Assembly: GCA_964016885.1 (NCBI GenBank)
Contig: OZ024744.1
Coordinates: forward strand, 121,582,001 to 121,646,000
DNA length: 64,000 bases
From: Eledone cirrhosa
Lineage: Eukaryota
Direction: 5' to 3'
Position 1 is the stretch's first letter, and the number at the start of each line of letters is the position of its first letter. Both the position numbers and the translations under genes were made by a program. Positions 22,701 through 37,700 of this stretch are shown here, one piece after another. The notes beneath the pieces were generated by a model. The model ran no database searches and was not told the origin of the DNA. It saw only the letters and a program-made list of their open reading frames with translations.

Positions 22701-25700
22701 CTGTAAAGTGGTCATGTAGGTGTCACCACAAAAAGTACCCAGTACACACTTAAAAGTGATCATGTAGGTGGCACAACAAAAAGTACGCAGTACACACTGA
22801 AAATGGTCATTTTGGTATCACAATAAAACGTACCCAGTACTACTGCAAATTGGTCATGTACATGTAACAACAAAGGGTACCCAGTACACAACGTAAGGTG
22901 GTCATGTAGGTGTCACAAAAAAGTACCCAGTACACTGTTAAGTGTTCATGTAGATATCACAACAAAAAGTACCCAGTACCAAATGTAAAGTGGTCATGTA
23001 CCTGCCACGACAAAAGGACACAATCCACGCTATGAAAGTGGTCATTAAGGTGTCTCAGCAAAAAGTACCCAGTACACACTGTGAAGTGGTCATGGAGATG
23101 TCGTGACAACAATTACTCAGTAAACACTGTAAAGTAGTCAGGTAGGTGTCACAATAAAGAGGACCCAGTACACACTTAAAAGTGATGATGTAGGTGTCAC
23201 AACAAAAAGTACCCAGTACACACTGTAAAGTGGTCATGTAGGTGTCACAAAAAAAGTACCCAGTTCACTGTTAAGTGTTCATGTAGAAGTCACAACAAAA
23301 ATACCCAGTACCAAATGTAAAGTGGTCATGTCGGTGTCACAACAAAAAGTACCCAGTACACACTGTTAAGTGGTCATGTAGTTGTCACAGCAAAAATGAC
23401 TCAGTATGGTCTGTAAGGTGGGCATGTAGGTGTCACATAAAAGTATCAAGTTCACACTATAAAGAGGTCATGTAGGTGTCACAACAAAAAGTACCAAGTA
23501 CGCACTGTAAAGTGTTCATGAAGGTGTCACAACAAAAAGTACCCAGTCCACACTGTAAAGTGGTCATGTAGGTGTCACATAAAAGTATACAGTACGCACT
23601 GTAAAGTGTTCATGTAGATGTCACAACGAAAAGTAACCTGTACCAAATGTAAAGGGGTCATATAGGTGTCACAACAAAAACTACCCAGTACACACTGTAA
23701 AGTGGTGATGTAGGTGTCACCTCAAAAAGTACCCAGTATCCACAGTAAAGTGGTCATGTAGGTGACACAACAAAAGGTACCCAGTACACACTGTAAAGTG
23801 GTCACGTCGGTGTCACAACATAAAATATCCAGTACACACTATAGAGTGGTGATGTAGGTGTTTCAACAAAAAGTACCCAACACACACTGTAAAGTGGATA
23901 GTACACACTATAAAGTGTTCATGTAGGTGTCATGAAAAAAGTACCTAGTACAATATAAAGTGGTCATGTAACTGTTACAAGAAAAAGTACCCAATCCACA
24001 CTGTAAAGTCATCATATATTTGTCACGACAAAATTACCCAGTCCACACTTGTAAAGTGGTCATGTAGGTATCAAAACAAAAATTATCCAGTACACACTGT
24101 AAAGTTGTCATGTAGTTGTCACAACAAAAATTACCCAGTACACACTGTCAAGTGGTCACGTAGGTCTCACAAAAAAGTACCCAGTGCACGCTGTAAAGTG
24201 GTCCTGTAGGTGTCACAAAAAAGTGTAGCCAGGACACGCAGTAAAGTGGTCATATAGGGTTCACGACAAAAGTACCCAGAACACACTGTAAAGTGGTCAT
24301 GTGGATGACACAATAAAAAGTACCCAGTACACAGTGTAAAGTGGTGATGTAGGTGTCACCTCAAAAAATACCCAGTACCCACTGTAAAGTTGTCGTGTAG
24401 GTGTCACGACATAAAGTACCCAGTTCACACTGTAAAGTGGTCATCTAGGTGTCACAACAAAAAGTACCCAGTACGCTCTGTAAAGTGGTCATGCAACAGT
24501 CTTCATAAAAAATACCCAGTACATACTGTAAAGTGATCATGTAGATGTCACAACAAAAGGTACCCAGTACACACTGTAAGGTGGTCATGTAGGTGTGACA
24601 ACAAAAAGTACCCAGCCCACACTGTAAAATGGTCATGTAGGTGTCACAACAAAATGTACCCAGTACGCTCTGTGAAGTTTTCATGTAGGTGTCATGATAA
24701 AAAGTACCCAGTACACACTGTACAGTGCTCATGTAGGTGTCACAACAAACAGTACGCAGTCCATACTGTAAAGTGGTCATGTAGGTGTCTCAATAAAAAC
24801 TACCCCGTAAACTCTATATAAATAATGAGTACACACTGTAAAATGGTCATGTAGGTGACACAGCAAAAATTACCCAGTACACACCGTAAAGTGTTTATGT
24901 AGGTTTTACTAAATAAGTACCCAGTACACTGTAAAGTTGTGTGGGTGTCAAAACAAAAAGTACCCAGTACACACTGTTAAGGGACCATGTAGGTGTCACA
25001 ACAAAAAGTACCCAGTGCACACTGTAAAGTGGTGTTGTAGGTGTCACAACAAAAAGTACCCAGTAAACACTGTATAGTGGTTTTATAACTGTCATGATAA
25101 AAAAATACCCTGTACAAACTGTAAAACGGTCATGTTGGTGTCACCTCAAAAAGTACCTAGTACACACTGTAAAGTGGTCATGTTGGTGTCACAACAAAAT
25201 GTACCCAGTACACATTGTAAAGTGGTTATGTAGGTGTCGCAAAATAAATACCCAGTATACTGTAAAGTTGTTGTGTTGGTGTCAAAACAAAAATTTCACA
25301 GCTCACACTGTAAAGTGGTCATGTAGGTGTCACACTATAATGAACCCAGTACACACTGTAAAATGTTCCTGTAGGTGTCATAACAAAAAATACCCAGTAC
25401 ACACTATAAAGTGGTCATGTAGGTGTCACAACAAAAAATACCCAGTACACACTGTAAAGTTTTCATGTAAGTGTCACATTGGTAAGTACACAGTACAAAC
25501 TGTAAGGTGATCATGTAGGCGTCACAACAAAAATTACCCAGTACACACTGTAAAGTAGTCACGTATCTGTCACAACAAAAAGTACCCAGTACACACTGTT
25601 AAATTGTCACGTAGGTGTCATGACAACAAGTACCTAGTACACGCTGTAAAGTGGTCATGTTGGTGTCACAACAAAAATTACCCACTACACACTGTAAAAT

Positions 25701-28700
25701 GGTCAATAAGTGCCACAAAAAAGTACCTAGTACACACTGTCATGTGGTTATGAAGGTGTAACCAAAAAAGTACCCAGTCCACACTGTAAATTGGCCATGT
25801 AGGTGTCACAACAAAAAGTACCCAGTACACACTGTAAAGTCGTCATGTAAGTGTCACAACAAAAATACTCAGTACACTCTGTAAAGTGGTCATGTAAGTG
25901 TCACAACATAAAGTACACAGTACACACTGTAAAGTGGTCATGTAGGTGTCACTACGAAAGTACCCTGTACACATTGTAAAGTGGTCATGTAGGTGTCTCA
26001 ACAAAAAGTACCCAGTAAACTCTGTATAGTGGTTTTGTAACTGTCATGATAAAAAATACCCTGTAACACACTGTAAAATGGTCATGTAGATGACACAACA
26101 AAAAGTACCCAGTACGCACTGTAAAGTGGTCATGTAGGTGTCAAAACAAAAATTATCCAGTACACACTGTAAAGTTGTCATGTAGTTGTCACATCAAAAA
26201 TTACCCAGTACACACTGTCAAGTGGTCACGTAGGTCTCACAAAAAAGTACCCAGTGCACGCTGTAAAGTGGTCCTGTAGGTGTCACAAAAAAGTGTACCC
26301 AGGACACGCAGTAAAGTGGTCATATAGGGTTCACGACAAAAGTACCCAGAACACACTGTAAAGTGGTCATGTGGATGACACAATAAAAAGTACCCAGTAC
26401 ACAGTGTAAAGTGGTGATGTAGGTGTCACCTCAAAAAATACCCAGTACCCACTGTAAAGTTGTCGTGTAGGTGTCACAACATAAAGTACCCAGTTCACAC
26501 TGTAAAGTGGTCATCTAGGTGTCACAACAAAAAGTACCCAGTACGCTCTGTAAAGTGGTCATGTATGTGTCACAACATAAAGTACCCATTACACACTGTA
26601 AAGTGGTCATATAGGTGTCACAACATAAAGTACCCAGTACACACTGTAAAGTGGTCATGTAGATGTCACAACAAAAAGTACCCAGTCCACACTGTAAAGT
26701 GGGCATGTAGGTGTCATGACAAAAAGTACCCAGTCCACACTGTAAAGTGGTCATGTAGGTGCATTGACAAAAAGTACCCAGTACACACTGTAAAGTGGTC
26801 ATGTAGGTGTCACAACAAAAAGTACCCAGTACACACTGTAAAGTGGTCATGTAGGTGTCACCACAAAAAGTACTCAGTACACACTGTAAAGTAGTCATGT
26901 AGGTGTCACAACAAAAAGTACCCAGTACACACTGTAAAGTGGTCATGTAGGTGTCAACAAAAAGTACCTAGTACACACTGTAAAGTGGTCATGTAGGTGT
27001 CAAAACAAAAAGTACCCAGTACACACTGTTAAATCGTCGTGTACATGTCAGGACAACAAGTACCTAGTACACGCTCTAAGGTGGTCATGTAGGTGTCACA
27101 ACAAACATTACCCACTACCCACATTAAAGTAGCCATATAGGTGTCACAAAAAAGTACCCAGTCCACACTGTAAAGAGGTCATGTAGGTGTCTCAATAAAA
27201 AGTACCCAGTATACACCGTAAAGTGGTCATGTAGGTGTCACAATGGTAAGTACACAGTACACACTGTAAGGTGGTCACAGCAAAAAGTACCCAGCACACA
27301 CTGTAAAATGGTCATGTTAATGTCACAAAAAAATGTACCCAGTACACACTGTAAGGTGATCATTTAGATGTCACAACATAAAGTACCCAGTACACACTGT
27401 AAGGTGGTCATGTAGATGTCACAAAAATGTACCCAGTACACACAGTAAAGTGGTCATGTATGTGACACAACAGAAAGTAGCCAGTACACAATGTAAAGTG
27501 GTCATGTAGGCGTCACGACAAAAGTACCCAGTACACACTGTAAAGTGGTCATGTAGGTGTCACAACAAAAAGTACCCAGTGCACACTGTAAAGTGGTCAT
27601 GTAGGTGTCACCACAAAAAGTACCCAATAAACTCTTTATAGAGGTTTTATAACTATCATGATAAAAAATACCCTGTACACAGTGTAAAATGGTCATGTAG
27701 GTGTCACAACAAAAAGTACCCAGTACACACTGTAAAGTGGTCATGTATGTGTCATACAAAAAGTACCCAGTATGCACTGTAACGTAGTCATGTAGGTGTC
27801 ACAATAAAAAGTACCCAGTACACACTGTTAAGTGGTCATGTAGGTGTCACAACAAAAGGTACCCAGTACACACTGAAATGTAGTCTTGTAGGTGTCACAA
27901 AATACTTTACCCAGTACACACTGTAAAGTTGTCATGTAGGTGTCACAACAAAAAGTACCTAGTCCACACTGTAATGTGGGCATGTAGGTGTCACAACAAG
28001 AAGTACCCAGTACACGCTGTAAAGTGGTGATGTAGGTGTCACCTCAAAAAGCACCCAGTACCCACAGTAAAGTGGTCATGTAGGTGTCACAACATAAATT
28101 ACCCAGTACACACTGTGAATGGTCATGTAGGTGTCTCAACAAAAACTAGCCAGTAAACTCGGTATAGTGGTTTTATAACTGTCATGACAAAAAATACTGA
28201 GTACACACTGTAAAATGGTCATGTATGTGACACAGCAAAAAGTACCCTGTACACACCGTAAAATGTTTATGTAGGTTTTGCAAAATAAGTACCGAGTACA
28301 CTGTAAGGTTGTGTGGGTGTCAAAACAAAAAGTACCCAGTACACACTGTTAAGTGGTGATGTAGGTGTCACAACAAAAGTACCCAGTACCCACTGTAAAG
28401 TGGTCATGTAGGTGTCACAACAAAAAGTACCCAGTACACACTGTAAAATTGTCATGTAGTTGTCACAACAAAACGTACCCAGTACACACTGTTAAGTGGT
28501 GATGTAGGTGTCACAACAAAAGTATCCAGTACACACTGTAAAGTGGTCATGTAGGTGACACAACAAAAGTACCCATTACACACTGTAAAGTGGTCATATA
28601 GGTGTCACGACAAAAGTACCCAGTACACACTGTAAAGTGGTCATGTAGGTGTCACAACAAAATGTACCTAGTACACACTGTAAAGTGGTCATGTAGGTGT

Positions 28701-31700
28701 CACAACAAAATGTACCTAGTACACACTGTAAAATGGTCATGTAGATGGCACAACAAAAAGTACCCAGTACACACTGTAAAGTGGTCATGTAGGTGTCAAA
28801 ACAAAAAGTACCTAGTGCACACTGTAGAGTGGTCATGTAGGTGTCACAACAAAAAGTACCCAGTACAAACTGTTAAGTGGTCATATAGGTGTCACAACAA
28901 AAAGTACCTAGTACACACCGTTACGGGGTCATGTAGGTGTCACAACAAAAAGTAGCCAGTACACACAGTCAAGTGGTCATGTAGGTGTCACAACAGAAAG
29001 TCCCCAGTACACACAGGAAAGAGGTCATGTAGGTGTCACAACAAAAAGTACCCAGTACACACTGTTAAGTGGTCATGTAGGTGTCACAACAAAAAGTACC
29101 CAGTACACGCTGTAAAGTAGTCATGTAGGTGTCATGACAACAAGTACCCAGTACACACTGTAAAGTGGTCATGTAGGTGTCACAACAAAAAGTACCCAGT
29201 ACACACTGTAAAGTGGTAGTGTAGGTGTCACAACAAAAGGTACCCAGTACACACTGTAAAGAAGTCATGTAGCTGTCACAGTGATAAGTATACAACACAC
29301 ATTGTAAAGTGGTCATGTAGGTGTCACCACAAAAAGTACCCTGTCCACACTGTACAGTGCTCATGTAGGTGTGACAACAAACGTACCCAGTCCACACTAT
29401 AAAGTGGTGATGTAGGTATTACATCAAAAAGTACCCAGTATCCACAGTAAAGTGGTCATATAGGTGTCACAACATAAAGTACCCAGTACATACTGTAGAG
29501 TGGTCATGTAGGTGTCTCAACTAAAACTACACAGTAAACTCTGTATAGTGGTTTTATAACTGTCATGACAAAAAATACTGAGTACACACTGTAAAATGGT
29601 CATGTTGGTGTCACCTCAAAAAGTACCCAGTACACACTGTAAAATGGTCATGTATGTGACACAGCAAAAAGTACCCAGTACACACCGTAAAATGGTTATT
29701 AAGGTTTTACTACATAAGTACCCAGTACACTGTAAAGTTGTGTGGGTGTCAAAACAAAAAGTACTCAGTACACACTGTTAAGTGTTCATGTAGGTGTCAC
29801 AACAAAAAGTACCCAGTACCAAATGTAAAGTGGTCGTGTAGGTGTCACACAAAAATACCCAGTACACACTGTTAAATCGTCGTGTACATGTCAGGACAAC
29901 AAGTACCTAGTACACGCTCTAATGTGGTCATGTAGGTGTCACAACAAAAAGTATCCAGTACATACTGTAAAGTGGTCATGTAGGAGTCACCACAAAAATT
30001 ACCCACTACCCACATTAAAGTAGCCATATAGGTGTCACAAAAAAGTACCCAGTACAAACTGTAATGTGGTCATGTAGGTGTCATCACAAAAATTGCCCAG
30101 TACACACTGTAAAGTGGTCATGTAGGTGTCACAACAAAAAGTACACAGTACGTTCTGTAAAGTGGTCATGTAGGTGTCACAACAAAAAGTACCCAGTACA
30201 CACTGTAAAGTGGTCATGTAGGTGTCACAACAAAAAGTACCCAGTACACACTGTAAAGTGGTCATGTAGGTGTCACAACAAGTACCCAGTACACACTGTA
30301 AAGTGGTCATGTAGGTGTCACAACAAAAAGTATCCAGTACACCCTGTAATGTGTTCATGTAGGGGTGACAACAAAAAGTACCCAGTACACACTGTAATGT
30401 GGTCATGTAGGGGTCACAACAAAAAGTACCCAGTACACACTGTAAAGTTTTCATGTAGTTGTCACAAAAAAAAGTACCCAATACTCGCAGTAAAGTGGAC
30501 ATGTAGGTGTCACAACAAGTACCCAGTACACACTGTAAGCTGGTCATGTAGAGGTCACAAAAAAATATACACATTACACACAGTAAAGTGGTCATGTAGG
30601 TGTCGCAACAAAAAGTACCCAGTACACTGTAAAGTGGTCCCGTTAGGGGTTACAACAAAAAGTACCCAATCCACACTGTAAAGTGGTCATGTAGGACTCA
30701 CGACAAAAGTACCCAGTACACACTGTAAAGTGGTCATGTAGGTGTCACGATAAAAAGTACCCAGTACATACTGTAAAGTGGTCATGAAGTTGTCATGACA
30801 AAAAGTATCCAGTACACACTGTAAAGTGGTCATGTAGGTGTAACAACAAAAAGTACCCAGTACACACTGTGAAGTGGTCATGTTAGTGTTACAACCAAAA
30901 GTACCCAGTACACACTGTCAAGTGATAATGTAGGTGACACAGCAAAAAGTACCCAGTACACATTGTAAGGTGGTCATTTATGTGTCACAACAAAAAGTCC
31001 CCAGTACACACTGTAAAGTGGTCATGTAGGTGTCACAACAAAAAGTACCCAGTACGCTCTGTAAAGTGGTCATGCAACAGTCTTGATAAAAAATACCCAG
31101 TACATACTGTAAAGTGATCATGTAGATGTCACAACAAAAGGTACCCAGTACACTCTGTAAGGTGGTCATGTAGGTGTGACAACAAAAAGTACCCAGCCCA
31201 CACTGTAAAATGGTCATGTAGGTGTCACCACAAAAATTACCCAGTACACACTGTAAGTGGTCATGTAGGTGTCACAACAAAATGTACCCAGTACGCTCTG
31301 TGAAGTTTTCATGTAGATGTCATGATAAAAAGTACCCAGTACACACTGTACAGTGCTCATGTAGGTGTCACAACAAACAGTACGCAGTCCATACTGTAAA
31401 GTGGTCATGTAGGTGTCTCAATAAAAACTACCCCGTAAACTCTATATAAATAATGAGTACACACTGTAAAATGGTCATGTAGGTGACACAGCAAAAATTA
31501 CCCAGTACACACCGTAAAGTGTTTATGTAGGTTTTACTAAATAAGTACCCAGTACACTGTAAAGTTGTGTGGGTGTCAAAACAAAAAGTACCCAGTACAC
31601 ACTGTTAAGGGACCATGTAGGTGTCACAACAAAAAGTACCCAGTGCACACTGTAAAGTGGTGTTGTAGGTGTCACAACAAAAAGTACCCAGTAAACACTG

Positions 31701-34700
31701 TATAGTGGTTTTATAACTGTCATGATAAAAAAATACCCTGTACAAACTGTAAAACGGTCATGTTGGTGTCACCTCAAAAAGTACCTAGTACACACTGTAA
31801 AGTGGTCATGTTGGTGTCACAACAAAATGTACCCAGTACACATTGTAAAGTGGTTATGTAGGTGTCACAAAATAAATACCCAGTATACTGTAAAGTTGTT
31901 GTGTTGGTGTCAAAACAAAAATTTAACAGCTCACACTGTAAAGTGGTCATGTAGGTGTCACACTATAATGAACCCAGTACACACTGTAAAATTTTCCTGT
32001 AGGTGTCATAACAAAAAATACCCAGTACACACTGTAAAGTGGTCATGTAGGTGTCACAACAAAAAAATACCCAGTACACACTGTAAAGTTTTCATGTAAG
32101 TGTCACAATGGTAAGTACACAGTACAAACTGTAAGGTGATCATGTAGGCGTCACAACAAAAATTACCCAGTACACACTGTAAAGTAGTCACGTATCTGTC
32201 ACAACAAAAAGTACCCAGTACACACTGTTAAATTGTCACGTAGGTGTCATGACAACAAGTACCTAGTACACGCTGTAAAGTGGTCATGTTGGTGTCACAA
32301 CAAAAATTACCCACTACACACTGTAAAATGGTCAATAAGTGCCACAAAAAAGTACCTAGTACACACTGTCATGTGGTTATGAAGGTGTAACCTAAAAAGT
32401 ACCCAGTCCACACTGTAAATTGGCCATGTAGGTGTCACAACAAAAAGTACCCAGTACACACTGTAAAGTCGTCATGTAAGTGTCACAACAAAATTACCCA
32501 GTACACTCTGTAAAGTGGTCATGTAAGTGTCACAACATAAAGTACACAGTACACACTGTAAAGTGGTCATGTAGGTGTCACTACGAAAGTACCCTGTACA
32601 CATTGTAAAGTGGTCATGTAGGTGTCTCAACAAAAAGTACCCAGTAAACTCTGTATAGTGGTTTTGTAACTGTCATGATAAAAAATACCCTGTAACACAC
32701 TGTAAAATGGTCATGTAGATGACACAACAAAAAGTACCCAGTACACACTGTCAAGTGGTCACGTAGGTCTCACAAAAAAGTACCCAGTGCACGCTGTAAA
32801 GTGGTCCTGTAGGTGACACAAAAAAGTGTACCCAGGACACGCAGTAAAGTGGTCATATAGGGTTCACGACAAAAGTACCCAGAACACACTATAAAGTGGT
32901 CATGTGGATGACACAATAAAAAGTACCCAGTACACAGTGTAAAGTGGTGATGTAGGTGTCACCTCAAAAAATACCCAGTACCCACTGTAAAGTTGTCGTG
33001 TAGGTGTCACAACATAAAGTACCCAGTTCACACTGCAAAGTGGTCATCTAGGTGTCACAACAAAAAGTACCCAGTACGCTCTGTAAAGTGGTCATGCAAC
33101 AGTCTTGATAAAAATACCCAGTACATACTGTAACGTGATCATGTAGATGTCACAACAAAAGGTACCCAGTACACACTGTAAGGTGGTCATGTAGGTGTGA
33201 CAACAAAAAGTACCCAGCCCACACTGTAAAATGGTCATGTAGGTGTCACCACAAAAATTACCCAGTACACACTGTAAGTGGTCATGTAGGTGTCACAACA
33301 AAATGTACCCAGTACGCTCTGTGAAGTTTTCATGTAGGTGTCATGATAAAACGTACCCAGTACACAGTGTACAGTGCTCATGTAGGTGTCACAACAAACA
33401 GTACGCAGTCCATACTGTAAAGTGGTCATGTAGGTGTCTCAATAAAAACTACCCCGTAAACTCTATATAAATAATGAGTACACACTGCAAAATGGTCATG
33501 TAGGTGACACAGCAAAAATTACCCAGTACACACCGTAAAGTGTTTATGTAGGTTTTACTAAATAAGTACCCAGTACACTGTAAAGTTGTGTGGGTGTCAA
33601 AACAAAAAGTACCCAGTACACACTGTTAAGGGACCATGTAGGTGTCACAACAAAACGTACCCAGTGCACACTGTAAAGTGGTGTTGTAGGTGTCACAACA
33701 AAAAGTACCCAGTAAACACTGTATAGTGGTTTTATAACTGTCATGATAAAAAAATACCCTGTACAAACTGTAAAACGGTCATGTTGGTGTCACCTCAAAA
33801 AGTACCTAGTACACACTGTAAAGTAGTCATGTTGGTGTCACAACAAAATGTACCCAGTACACATTGTAAAGTGGTTATGTAGGTGTCACAAAATAAATAC
33901 CCAGTATACTGTAAAGTTGTTGTGTTGGTGTCAAAACAAAAATTTCACAGCTCACACTGTAAAGTGGTCATGTAGGTGTCACACTATAATGAACCCAGTA
34001 CACACTGTAAAATGTTCCTGTAGGTGTCATAACAAAAAATACCCAGTACACACTGTAAAGTGGTCATGTAGGTGTCACTACGAAAGTACCCTGTACACAT
34101 TGTAAAGTGGTCATGTAGGTGTCTCAACAAAAAGTACCCAGTAAACTCTGTATAGTGGTTTTGTAACTGTCATGATAAAAAATACCCTGTAACACACTGT
34201 AAAATGGTCATGTAGATGACACAACAAAAAGTACCCAGTACGCACTGTAAAGTGGTCATGTAGGTGTCACAAAATAAGTAACCAGTACACTGTAAAGTTG
34301 TGGGTGTCAAAACAAAATCTACCCGGTACACACTGTAAAGTGGTCATGTAGATGACACAACAAAAAGTACCCATTACACACTGTAAAGTGGTCATATAGG
34401 TGTCACGACAAAAGTACCCAGTACACACTGTAAAGTGGTCATGTAGGTGTCACAACAAAATGTACCTAGTACACACTGTAAAGTCGTCATGTAGGTGTCA
34501 CAACAAAATGTACCTAGTACACACTGTAAAATGGTCATGTAGATGGCACAACAAAAAGTACCCAGTGCACACTGTAAAGTGGTCATGTAGGTGTCAAAAC
34601 AAAAAGTACCTAGTGCACACTGTAGAGTGGTCATGTAGGTGTCACAACAAAAAGTACCCAGTACAAACTGTTAAGTGGTCATATAGGTGTCACAACAAAA

Positions 34701-37700
34701 AGTACCTAGTACACACCGTTACGGGGTCATGTAGGTGTCACAACAAAAAGTAGCCAGTACACACAGTCAAGTGGTCATGTAGGTGTCACAACAGAAAGTC
34801 CCCAGTACACACAGTAAAGAGGTCATGTAGGTGTCACAACAAAAAGTACCCAGTACACACTGTTAAGTGGTCATGTAGGTGTCACAACAAAAAGTACCCA
34901 GTACACGCTGTAAAGTAGTCATGTAGGTGTCATGACAACAAGTACCCAGTACACACTGTAAAGTGGTCATGTAGGTGTCACAACAAAAAGTACCCAGTAC
35001 ACACTGTAAAGTGGTAGTGTAGGTGTCACAACAAAAGGTACCCAGTACACACTGTAAAGAAGTCATGTAGCTGTCACAGTGATAAGTACACAACACACAT
35101 TGTAAAGTGGTCATGTAGGTGTCACCACAAAAAGTACCCTGTCCACACTGTACAGTGCTCATGTAGGTGTGACAACAAATGTACCCAGTCCACACTATAA
35201 AGTGGTGATGTAGGTATTACATCAAAAAGTACCCAGTATCCACAGTAAAGTGGTCATATAGGTGTCACAACATAAAGTACCCAGTACATACTGTAGAGTG
35301 GTCATGTAGGTGTCTCAACTAAAACTACACAGTAAACTCTGTATAGTGGTTTTATAACTGTCATGACAAAAAATACTGAGTACACACTGTAAAATGGTCA
35401 TGTTGGTGTCACCTCAAAAAGTACCCAGTACACACTATAAAATGGTCATGTATGTGACACAGCAAAAAGTACCCAGTACACACCGTAAAATGGTTATTAA
35501 GGTTTTACTACATAAGTACCCAGTACACTGTAAAGTTGTGTGGGTGTCAAAACAAAAAGTACTCAGTACACACTGTTAAGTGTTCATGTAGGTGTCACAA
35601 CAAAAAGTACCCAGTACCAAATGTAAAGTGGTCGTGTAGGTGTCACACAAAAATACCCAGTACACACTGTTAAATCGTCGTGTACATGTCAGGACAACAA
35701 GTACCTAGTACACGCTCTAAGGTGGTCATGTAGGTGTCACAACAAAAAGTACCCAGTACAAACTGTAAAGTAGTCATGTAGGTCTCACAACAAAAGGTAT
35801 CCAGTACATACTGTAAAGTGGTCATGTAGGAGTCACCACAAAAATTACCCACTACCCACATTAAAGTAGCCATATAAAAAAGTACCCAGTACACACTGTA
35901 ATGTGGTCATGTAGGTGTCATCACAAAAATTGCCCAGTACACACTGTAAAGTGGTCATGTAGGTGTCACAACAAAAAGTACACAGTACGTTCTGTAAAGT
36001 GGTCATGTAGGTGTCACAACAAAAAGTACCCAGTACACACTGTAAAGTGGTCATGTAGGTGTCACAACAAAAAGTACCCAGTACACACTGTAAAGTGGTC
36101 ATGTAGGTGTCACAACAAGTACCCAGTACACACTGTAAAGTGGTCATGTAGGTGTCACAACAAAAAGTATCCAGTACACACTGTAAAGTGGTCATGTAGG
36201 TGTCACAACAAAAAGTACCTAGTACATACTGTAAAGTGGTCATGTAGGGGTGACAACAAAAGGTACCCAGTACACCCTGTAATGTGGTCATGTAGGGGTG
36301 ACAACAAAAAGTACCCAGTACACCCTGTAATGTGGTCATGTAGGGGTGACAACAAAAAGTACCCAGTACACACTGTAATGTGGTCATGTAGGGGTCACAA
36401 CAAAAAGTACCCAGTACACACTGTAAAGTTTTCATGTAGTTGTCACAAAAAAAAGTACCCAATACACGCAGTAAAGTGGACATGTAGGTGTCACAACAAG
36501 TACCCAGTACACACTGTAAGCTGGTCATGTAGAGGTCACAAAAAAATATACACATTACACACAGTAAAGTGGTGATGTAGGTGTCGCAACAAAAAGTACC
36601 CAGTACACTGTAAAGTGGTCCCGTTAGGGGTTACAACAAAAAGTACCCAATCCACACTGTAAAGTGGTCATGTAGGACTCACGACAAAAGTACCCAGTAC
36701 ACACTGTAAAGTGGTCATGTAGGTGTCACGATAAAAAGTACCCAGTACATACTGTAAAGTGGTCATGAAGGTGTCATGACAAAAAGTATCCAGTACACAC
36801 TGTAAAGTGGTCATGTAGGTGTAACAACAAAAAGTACCCAGTACACACTGTGAAGTGGTCATGTTAGTGTTACAACCAAAAGTACCCAGTACACACTGTC
36901 AAGTGATAATGTAGGTGACACAGCAAAAAGTACCCAGTACACATTGTAAGGTGGTCATTTATGTGTCACAACAAAAAGTCCCCAGTACACACTGTAAAGT
37001 GGTCATGTAGGTGTCACAACAAAAAGTACCCAGTACACACTGTGGAGTGGTGATGTTAGTATCACAACAAAAAATACCCAGTACACACCTTAAAGTTTTC
37101 ATGTAGGTGTCACAAGAGAAAGTACCCAGTACACACTGTAAAGTAGACATGTAGGTGTCCCAACAAGTACCCAGTACACACAGTAAAGTGGTCATGTAGG
37201 TGTCACAACAAAAAGGACCCAGTACGCATTGTAAAGTGGTCATGTATGTGTCACACAAAAGTACCCTGTACACACCGTAAAATCGTTATGTAGGTTTTAC
37301 TAAATAAGTACCCAGTACACTGTAAATTTGTTGTGTGGGTATCAAAACAAAAATTACCCAGTACACACGTTAAGTGGTCATGTAGGTGTCATAACAAAAT
37401 GTACCAAGTACACACTGTTAAGTGGAAATGTAGATGTCAAACCAAAACGTACCCAGTACGAAATGTAAAGTCGTCATGTAGCTGTCACAAAAAAGTACCC
37501 AGTACACACTGTAAAGTGGTCATGTAGGAGTCACAATGGTAAGTACACAGTACACACTGCAAAGTGGTCATGTAGGTGTCACAACAAAAACTACCTAGTA
37601 CACACTTGAAAGTAGACACTTATGTCTCACAAAAAAAGTCCCCAGTAAACACTGTAAAGTGTTCATGTAACTGTCATGATAAAAAGTACCCAGTACACGC